From: a virus
Lineage: Duplodnaviria > Caudoviricetes
DNA length: 41,003 nt
Reading direction: 5' to 3' (one strand)
Virus record (IMG/VR): IMGVR_UViG_3300046786_000067
Coordinates: 1-41,003 of that record
The notes beneath the pieces were generated by a model. The model was given only the letters and a program-made list of their open reading frames with translations, did not search any database and was not told where the DNA came from. Each line of letters begins with the position of its first letter. Position 1 is the first letter of the stretch. The translations under genes and the position numbers were made by a program. Below, piece after piece: positions 34,503 to 41,003 of this stretch.

Positions 34503-36484
34503 GCGCCCCATACAAACAAATAATAGTTGTGGATTTTGAAACTTTTTGGGACACCAAAGAGGGGTATACTTTACAAAAAATGACAACGGAGGAATACATA
34601 CGTGACCCACGATTCAAAGCATTTGGAGCCTGCATCCATGAATACGGATCAGACAAAGCAACCCAGTGGTACAGAGGCGATGAGCTCCCTCGTATCTTGG
34701 CTTGTTACGATCCTGCTAGTACTGCTGTGCTTGCTCACAACGCTCAGTTCGATGTTTCTATTTTGGAATGGGTATATAAATGGCGACCATGCTTTATCTT
34801 TGACTCTCTTTCCATGGCTCGCGCTCTACGCGGGGTTGAGGTGGGGAACTCATTGATGAAGCTGGCGCAGGACTTCGGCCTGCCACCCAAGGGCAACGCT
34901 GTCTACAACACCAACGGCTACACAACACTGACCCCCGCCATGGAGAAGGAGCTGGCCGAGTACTGTGCGCATGACGTATATCTGTGCGAGCAGATCTTTA
35001 CCCGCTTGGCTGTTGGCTATCCTTCGAAGGAGCTGCGCCTTGTTGACATGACCTTGAAGATGTACACCCGTGCGTGCCTTGAGCTTGACCCCAACATGCT
35101 GACGGACGCCATACTGGATGAAAAGGAAAAACGTGAAAGCCTACTACAGAAACTCGGCGTGGAAGAGACTGCGCTGGCATCGAACCCGCAGTTTGCTGCA
35201 CTACTTGAGAAACTCAATGTGGTTCCGCCAACCAAGGTTAGTAAGACGACTGGCAAAGAGACGCTTGCCCTCGCTAAAAACGATGCCCTATTTCAAGCGC
35301 TCCTTAATGGTGAACGTGAGGACGTTGCCCTACTTTGTGAAGCGCGTCTTCGGGTTAAGTCAACCACTGAAAGAACCAGAGCACAGAGGTTTCTGGACAT
35401 TAGCCAACGCGGTGCACTACCCGTACCTCTCTCGTACTATGGTGCGCAGACTGGCAGGTGGACAGCAAGCAAGGGTTCGGCCATCAACATGCAAAACCTC
35501 AAGCGAGGTTCGTTCTTACGCAAAGCAATTATGGCACCCGCTGGCCACCAACTCGTCGTGGGCGACTTATCGCAGATTGAACCGCGAGTACTTGCGTGGC
35601 TTTCGGACTACACAGACATGCTTGACATCTTCAGGGCTGGAGGCGATCCTTACGCCGCGTTCGGGGCTCAGATGTTCAACATACCCGGACTATCTAAAGA
35701 GTCTCACCCTGACCTACGGCAGTCTGCGAAGAGCGCACTCCTTGGCTGCGGATACGGACTTGGCTGGGCGGCTTTCGCTTCGCAGTTACTCACAGGGTTC
35801 CTCGGGGCGCCTCCACAGCGTTACGACTTGGCCTTTGCGAAGAAACTCGGAGTTACACAGGCGGCCGCGCAGAAGTTCCTCGACTGGGAAGTCAACGTTG
35901 AGAAGCTCCAAGGGATACCACATACCTGTACAACCAAGGAGCTAGTCATCCACTGCCTAGCATCCAAGGCCATCATCGACAAGTACAGGGCTACGGCTAC
36001 GCCTGTGGTGGAGTTCTGGGATTTGAATACACACCTCATCCACGAGTCGCTGTACAAGGGCAAGGAGTACAAGCACAAGTGTCTGACCTACCGCAAGGGG
36101 GAGATCGAGCTGCCCTCGGGCATGAAGCTGTTGTACCCAGACCTCAACATCAGGCGCTACAAGGATGAGGCAACAAAAAAAGAACAAACAGAGTGGACAT
36201 ATGGCCCAGATCGTACTAAGATATACGCAGGAAAAATAACCAACAATGTCACGCAGGGCGTAGCGAGATGCGTGATGACTGATGGGATGGTGCGTACTGC
36301 AAAGAGATACTTTGTGGCGGGGACAGTGCATGACGAGCAGATCGTTGTGGTTCCCGATGCTGAAGTTGAAGAAGCTAAGACTTGGGTCTTGGCGCAGATG
36401 ACTATGGAGCCGCCTTACATGCCGGGCATTCCATTGGACGCTGACGGTGGTGCGCACCGTAGATATGGGTTAGCGAAAAACTAA
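34499..36484 (+). CDS. polA: Family A DNA polymerase with 3'-5' exonuclease
   Basis: ExoI DFET, AHNAQFD, YCAHDV; TGRW; motif A DLSQIEPR, motif B RQSAKSALLGCGYG, motif C VHDE. Confidence 0.95.
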   Translation: MSAPYKQIIVVDFETFWDTKEGYTLQKMTTEEYIRDPRFKAFGACIHEYGSDKATQWYRGDELPRILACYDPASTAVLAHNAQFDVSILEWVYKWRPCFIFDSLSMARALRGVEVGNSLMKLAQDFGLPPKGNAVYNTNGYTTLTPAMEKELAEYCAHDVYLCEQIFTRLAVGYPSKELRLVDMTLKMYTRACLELDPNMLTDAILDEKEKRESLLQKLGVEETALASNPQFAALLEKLNVVPPTKVSKTTGKETLALAKNDALFQALLNGEREDVALLCEARLRVKSTTERTRAQRFLDISQRGALPVPLSYYGAQTGRWTASKGSAINMQNLKRGSFLRKAIMAPAGHQLVVGDLSQIEPRVLAWLSDYTDMLDIFRAGGDPYAAFGAQMFNIPGLSKESHPDLRQSAKSALLGCGYGLGWAAFASQLLTGFLGAPPQRYDLAFAKKLGVTQAAAQKFLDWEVNVEKLQGIPHTCTTKELVIHCLASKAIIDKYRATATPVVEFWDLNTHLIHESLYKGKEYKHKCLTYRKGEIELPSGMKLLYPDLNIRRYKDEATKKEQTEWTYGPDRTKIYAGKITNNVTQGVARCVMTDGMVRTAKRYFVAGTVHDEQIVVVPDAEVEEAKTWVLAQMTMEPPYMPGIPLDADGGAHRRYGLAKN

Positions 36485-36494
36485 GGAGAAGTAA

Positions 36495-36782
36495 ATGAAG
36501 TTCAGAAAGAAACCTGTGGTTATTGAGGCCGTGCAGATAGATAAACGCATGGACATTACCGCCCCTGATTGGTGGGCAAAGGCTATACAAACAAAGCGAG
36601 TGACATTACATGGCATGGGAAAGTTTACTCGTGACGAGCCGTGCGTTTTAATTGCCACCCTTGAAGGTACTATGCGAGGCGACCGTGGTGACTGGATCAT
36701 TCAAGGCGTGAGCGGTGAGCTGTACCCATGCAAGCCTGACATCTTTGATGCAACATACGAAAAAGTAGAGGAGAAGCAATGA
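36495..36782 (+). CDS. Conserved phage protein
   Basis: KFRKKPVVIEAVQ...TLEG.M...GDWII.GV.GE.YPCKPDIF..TYE. Confidence 0.8.
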   Translation: MKFRKKPVVIEAVQIDKRMDITAPDWWAKAIQTKRVTLHGMGKFTRDEPCVLIATLEGTMRGDRGDWIIQGVSGELYPCKPDIFDATYEKVEEKQ

Positions 36783-37084
36783 GATTACCAACACGCATGC
36801 GTGTCGGCAAGAAGTGGTACAGCGTGGAGGTGGTGGAAGCCATGCTCCACCGCAAAGACATGGGGCGTACGTTCTATCCGGAGCAGTGCATCCGTCTTGG
36901 CAAGGCCAGCAACATTACAGGCAGGAAGTTCACCAAGGACGAGCTTGCCGATACGTTCTGGCACGAGCTAGTACACGCCATTCTTGAAGACATGGGTCAG
37001 CATGAGCTGAACAACAACGAGGCATTCGTCACACAGTTTGCCAACCGATTAACCGTAGCAATTAAGACTGCGAAGTTCGAATGA
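36779..37084 (+). CDS. Small HExxH metalloprotease-like protein
   Basis: DTFWHELVHAIL...NEAFV. Confidence 0.7.
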   Translation: MRLPTRMRVGKKWYSVEVVEAMLHRKDMGRTFYPEQCIRLGKASNITGRKFTKDELADTFWHELVHAILEDMGQHELNNNEAFVTQFANRLTVAIKTAKFE

Positions 37085-37746
37085 AAAAGCCAGCATGGTC
37101 ACACAGTAGCCTCAAAGATTTTGAAGGCTGCCAACGCAGGTATCACGAGGTCAAGGTCTTGAAGAAGTACCCCTTCCAAGAGACAGAGGCCACGCGCTAC
37201 GGCAATCAGGTACACGAGGCGATCGAGTTCTACATCAGGGACAAGAAGCCAATACCGCCTGAGTATGCGCAGTTCCAGCCTGTAGTGGACGCCATGCTAG
37301 GTAAGCCCGGGAGGGCACTGGCCGAGTACGAGATGGCGCTGACTGTTGACTTGAAGCCTACCAACTGGAAGTCTCCTGACGTATGGGTGCGAGGCATTGC
37401 CGACATCCTTATCATCGATGACGAGAACCTTACAGCGTGGGTAGGCGACTGGAAGACTGGCAACAACAAGTACCCAGATCGGGATCAGCTTGTGCTCATG
37501 TCACTCATGGTCTTCGCGCACTTCCCGCACATCCGCAAGGTCAACTCTGCGTTGCTGTTCATTGTCAAAAATGATATGGTCAAGATGCAGATGTCACGCG
37601 ACCAAGCTGAGCAGTTTTGGTGGAAGTATCGTGAACGCACTGCACGCCTCGAGGCAGCGTATGCCAACGATGTATGGAACCCCAATCAAACCCCACTTTG
37701 CAAATGGTGTCAGGTCACCGGATGCGAGTTCAACCCCAAGCACTAG
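37081..37746 (+). CDS. PD-(D/E)XK exonuclease (Cas4/RecB-like)
   Basis: WSHSSL..F..C; G...H; RGIAD; DWKTG; QL; C-terminal CKWC...C. Confidence 0.85.
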   Translation: MKKPAWSHSSLKDFEGCQRRYHEVKVLKKYPFQETEATRYGNQVHEAIEFYIRDKKPIPPEYAQFQPVVDAMLGKPGRALAEYEMALTVDLKPTNWKSPDVWVRGIADILIIDDENLTAWVGDWKTGNNKYPDRDQLVLMSLMVFAHFPHIRKVNSALLFIVKNDMVKMQMSRDQAEQFWWKYRERTARLEAAYANDVWNPNQTPLCKWCQVTGCEFNPKH

Positions 37747-37754
37747 GAGCAGAC

Positions 37755-37994
37755 ATGACACAAGTAAATGGTAAGCGTGACTACAAGCACGCCTATAAGT
37801 TGCAAAAGAAAACAGGTGAGACGGCCGATCAGATTGAGCGTCAGAAAGCACGCCGTGCTTATGACAAGAAAGGTATTGACCGCGCTGGCAAAGACATTGA
37901 CCACATCAAACCTTTGCGTGCTGGCGGTAAGTCAACAGCAGGCAATACACGACTCCGTAACAAGAGCGCCAACCAGAGCGACAACGGAAAATAA
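37755..37994 (+). CDS. Small HNH-like protein
   Basis: GKDIDHIKPL..GG....N.R....AN; AGGAG RBS. Confidence 0.7.
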   Translation: MTQVNGKRDYKHAYKLQKKTGETADQIERQKARRAYDKKGIDRAGKDIDHIKPLRAGGKSTAGNTRLRNKSANQSDNGK

Positions 37995-38009
37995 AAGCTT
38001 GGAGAAGCA

Positions 38010-39569
38010 ATGGAAATCGTAGAAGACAAAGCACTTATCTTACGCACAAGGAACCCACACAAGTACTCAATCATCCCTAAGAGCAAAGCCATGCCCCGTG
38101 CAGACGGAGGCTACGATGTCGCTGTTTACTGGGGTCTTGACGAAGCGCGGGTGTTGCGTAACCTAGGTGTCAAAGATGTGCCGTCGCCTATCACTAGGCG
38201 CTATGACTGGCCGGGGCGTTATAAGCCCATGGCGCACCAGATCGAGACTGCATCGTTCCTCACGATGTACAGGAGAGCCTTTGTGTTCTCTGAACCCGGT
38301 ACTGGCAAGACGCTGTCTGCATTGTGGGCGGCTGACTACCTGATGAAACTACGCAAGGTGCGTAGGGTTCTGATCCTGTGCCCCCTGTCAATCATGCACA
38401 GCGCATGGATGGGTGACATCAACAACAGCATCATTCATCGCTCGGCCGTTATCGCGCACCATCCTCAAGCTAGTCGGCGCATCGAGATGATTCAGCGTGA
38501 CTATGAGATCGTCATCACCAACTACGAGGGGCTGAACCTGATCGCGGATGAGGTACGCAACGATGGCCGCTTTGATCTGGTGATTGTCGATGAGGCCAAC
38601 GCATACAAGACGCCTACGACCAAGCGATGGAAGTCGCTCAACTCCATCCTGACACCCAATACATACCTGTGGATGATGACCGGTACGCCTGCATCGCAGT
38701 CGCCTGTGGATGCGTATGGCCTAGCCAAACTGGTGAACCCCGAGAACGTGCCCAAGTTCTACACCGCATGGCGCGATCAAGTGATGAACAAGATCAGCAT
38801 GTTCAAGTGGGCGGCCAAGGCAGATGCCAAGGACAAGGTGCACGAGGCCTTGCAGCCCGCGATACGCTTTACCAAAGCACAGTGCCTTGACTTACCGCCA
38901 GTCATCACCATGACGCGTGAGGTTGCCCTGACCCCACAGCAAGCGAAGTACTACAACATGCTCAAGGAGCGCATGCTGGTGCAAGCCGCAGGCGAGACGA
39001 TCACCGCTGTTAACGCTGCCGCTGGTGTATCCAAGCTGTTGCAAATCAGTTGCGGTGCGGCGTATACCGATGACAAGGAAGTTGTGGAGTTTGACTCTGC
39101 GCCTCGCCTTGCAGTGCTCGAGGAAATCCTGGAGGAGACGAGCCGCAAGGTCATCATCTTCGCTCTGTTTCGAAGCACCATCGACACGATCAGCAACTAC
39201 CTCACGAAGAAGGGCATTGTCAACGAGTGCATTCACGGAGACATCACGCCAAGCAAGCGGGGTATAACGATCAACCGATTCCAAACCGAGGACAACCCAA
39301 GGGTGTTGGTCATGCAGCCTGCGGCTTCAGCCCATGGCATCACGCTGACAGCTGCCGATACTGTGGTGTTCTATGGCCCATTGATGAGCGTTGAGCAGTA
39401 CATCCAGTGCTGTGCACGCGCTGACCGCAAGGGACAGGACTCGGACAAAGTTACTGTGATTCACATTCAGAGTAGCCCGATCGAGAAGAAGATGTTTAAA
39501 GCGTTGGAAGGAAAAGTTAGCGATAACTTACTACTGACCGACATGTTCGAAACTGAAATTAAATCTTGA
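38010..39569 (+). CDS. SNF2-like SF2 helicase
   Basis: EPGTGKT, IVDEA, MTGTP, HGITLT, Q...RADRKGQ. Confidence 0.9.
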   Translation: MEIVEDKALILRTRNPHKYSIIPKSKAMPRADGGYDVAVYWGLDEARVLRNLGVKDVPSPITRRYDWPGRYKPMAHQIETASFLTMYRRAFVFSEPGTGKTLSALWAADYLMKLRKVRRVLILCPLSIMHSAWMGDINNSIIHRSAVIAHHPQASRRIEMIQRDYEIVITNYEGLNLIADEVRNDGRFDLVIVDEANAYKTPTTKRWKSLNSILTPNTYLWMMTGTPASQSPVDAYGLAKLVNPENVPKFYTAWRDQVMNKISMFKWAAKADAKDKVHEALQPAIRFTKAQCLDLPPVITMTREVALTPQQAKYYNMLKERMLVQAAGETITAVNAAAGVSKLLQISCGAAYTDDKEVVEFDSAPRLAVLEEILEETSRKVIIFALFRSTIDTISNYLTKKGIVNECIHGDITPSKRGITINRFQTEDNPRVLVMQPAASAHGITLTAADTVVFYGPLMSVEQYIQCCARADRKGQDSDKVTVIHIQSSPIEKKMFKALEGKVSDNLLLTDMFETEIKS

Positions 39570-39576
39570 AAGGGGC

Positions 39577-39619
39577 TTGCAACGAATCAAATTACATGTA
39601 AACTGTCCAACCTTAGACA
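39577..39619 (+). promoter_or_regulatory. Promoter with overlapping operator-like palindrome
   Basis: TTGCAA-N16-TAAACT then TGTCCAACCTTAGACA. Confidence 0.5.
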
Positions 39620-39639
39620 ACAAAACAACAGGAGAAGCA

Positions 39640-40041
39640 ATGGAAGAAGAAGCAATACCGCTTGATAAGCTTGTCAAAATCTACCGCAAGCTACGCACGA
39701 AGATGACCGAACTGACCCAAGAGTACGACACCAAAACGGAAGTGCTCAAGGCGCAACAGGACGAGGTCAAGAACGCTATCAAGGAACAGATGAAGGCGAT
39801 GGGCGTCACATCCGTTCGCACTACCGAGGGCACGGCAGTCATGTCCGTGAAGACTCGCTACACCACACAAGACTGGGACTCGTTCAAGAAGTTCATGATC
39901 GAGCACGAGGCCATCGACCTGCTTGAGAAGCGCATTGCGCAACTCAACATGGCACAGTTCTTGGAAGAAAACCCCGGGGTCGTACCGCCCGGTCTCAACT
40001 CAGCTTCTGAGTATGACATCTCTGTACGCAAACCAACGTGA
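39640..40041 (+). CDS. Conserved replication-module protein (coiled-coil N-terminus)
   Basis: SVRTTEGT...DWDSF..F...LLEKRI.Q...PPG; shared RBS motif. Confidence 0.75.
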   Translation: MEEEAIPLDKLVKIYRKLRTKMTELTQEYDTKTEVLKAQQDEVKNAIKEQMKAMGVTSVRTTEGTAVMSVKTRYTTQDWDSFKKFMIEHEAIDLLEKRIAQLNMAQFLEENPGVVPPGLNSASEYDISVRKPT

Positions 40042-40289
40042 AAGTTAGTATGAAAGAAACTCTTGCCGAAGACAAAATACGTCGACAAAACGCGATGAAT
40101 GTCATGATGGACTCCCTCAAGCCACTTGATCTTTCAAAGCTAGACCTGCTCGAAGTCACGCTTAATCTGTTTGCACACGCTGTTGTGCAACTTGGCGCTG
40201 ATGACGAAGTAGCCCTTACCGCAGCCGCCGCATGCTTGGCTGAATTGCGTGCCCGTAAAGCCACTGAAACCAACACCACTCTCAATTAA
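40038..40289 (+). CDS. Hypothetical protein
   Basis: GTGA coupling; fills gap. Confidence 0.55.
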   Translation: MKVSMKETLAEDKIRRQNAMNVMMDSLKPLDLSKLDLLEVTLNLFAHAVVQLGADDEVALTAAAACLAELRARKATETNTTLN

Positions 40290-40299
40290 GGAAAACAAA

Positions 40300-41003
40300 A
40301 TGAGTAACATTGCTATGTTCAATCCCTCTAACGTTCCTGCTTTCGCTAAGAACGCGGAACTTTCTGCAACAACTTTGGCTTTGGCCGGTAACGTGAACGC
40401 CGGTGGCGGCATGAAGCGCGTCTCCATCAAGGGTGGCGTGTTCCGTCTGCTCTCAAGCGGCAAGGAGATCGCATCCATTGAAGACCGCCACTTGGACGTC
40501 ATCATTGTGAAGGCCGCCCCCAAGGTCAGCCGCATCTTCTACGCGGGTGGTTACGATAAGGACGCCGCCGCATCTGCCCCTGACTGCACATCTGCTGACG
40601 GTGAGAAGCCCGATGCAAATGCAAAGAACAAGCAGTCATCAAGCTGCACGACATGCCCACAGAACATCGCCGGTTCTGGCACAGGTCAAAGCCGTGCCTG
40701 CCGCTACCAACAGCGCTTGGCTGTGGTGTTGGCTAACAACCCTGATGGCGACGTGTTGCAGGTCACCCTGCCAGCTACATCCATCTTCGGCAAGGAAGAC
40801 GGCGAGAAGCGCCCATTGCAGGCATACGCTCGCTACATGGCCGCGCAGACTCCCCCTGTTAACTTGGACGCCATCGTGACCCGCATGAAGTTCGACACCA
40901 AGGCAGAGTCTCCCAAGTTGTTCTTCAGCCCTATGCGTTGGTTGACTGACGACGAGTACGAGTCAGCACAAGAGCAAGCCAAGTCCAAGGATGCTGAGAA
41001 GGC
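40300..41003 (+). CDS. Putative ssDNA-binding protein (3' truncated)
   Basis: Translated by hand: RVSIKGGVFR...PDC.S.DG..P...CTTCPQN..GSG....RAC; AAGGA RBS; open to window end. Confidence 0.6.
   Translation, partial: MSNIAMFNPSNVPAFAKNAELSATTLALAGNVNAGGGMKRVSIKGGVFRLLSSGKEIASIEDRHLDVIIVKAAPKVSRIFYAGGYDKDAAASAPDCTSADGEKPDANAKNKQSSSCTTCPQNIAGSGTGQSRACRYQQRLAVVLANNPDGDVLQVTLPATSIFGKEDGEKRPLQAYARYMAAQTPPVNLDAIVTRMKFDTKAESPKLFFSPMRWLTDDEYESAQEQAKSKDAEK

Noticed and set aside
33854-34537. Group I intron or intein in polA
   Set aside because: Almost the whole insert is HNH coding sequence, leaving no room for an intron core, and the downstream copy has its own RBS and full N-terminus.
37081-37746. 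Cas4 / CRISPR system
   Set aside because: No repeat-spacer array or other cas genes; stand-alone Cas4-like nucleases are normal in phage replication modules.
23532-40535. Numerous minus-strand and alternate-frame ORFs in the early arm, including 24190..24420
   Set aside because: They overlap better-supported plus-strand genes or the origin-like repeat and lack RBS and motifs.
1-41003. Integrase, att site, tRNA genes, endolysin, tape measure, stop-codon recoding
   Set aside because: None recognisable in this window; genes read through normally in the standard code. The missing functions may lie outside the window.

Overview
A large part of a tailed dsDNA phage genome, organised as two divergent arms. 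The left arm (1-22.1 kb, minus strand) is the late/structural operon: terminase small and large subunits, portal, GroES-like protein, scaffold, Mu-gpT-like major capsid, decoration proteins, a cluster of small basic proteins, neck/tail proteins, two fibre proteins, a distal adhesin, two cupin paralogues and a 2OG-Fe(II) oxygenase. The right arm (23.0-41.0 kb, plus strand) holds many small early genes, an origin-like inverted repeat, an M28-like peptidase, glutaredoxin, VRR-NUC, family A DNA polymerase, PD-(D/E)XK nuclease, SNF2-type helicase and a truncated SSB-like gene. I found no integrase, tRNA, CRISPR array or tape-measure gene in the window. Best candidate new system: a ~85-nt non-coding transcript at ~22135-22221 with its own promoter, UUCG hairpin and terminator. 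Its exposed segment is the exact reverse complement of an extended RBS/start motif (CAAGGAGAAGCAATG), variants of which precede about 20 early/replication genes but not the late genes I checked. This suggests one antisense RNA controlling a whole regulon. Other highlights: an HNH gene inserted into the DNA polymerase 5' end that supplies a recoded replacement start, a kissing-loop RNA downstream of the capsid gene, several operator-like repeats, and a cassette array with shared 3' ends. All functional calls come from motif recognition by eye; no database search was run.
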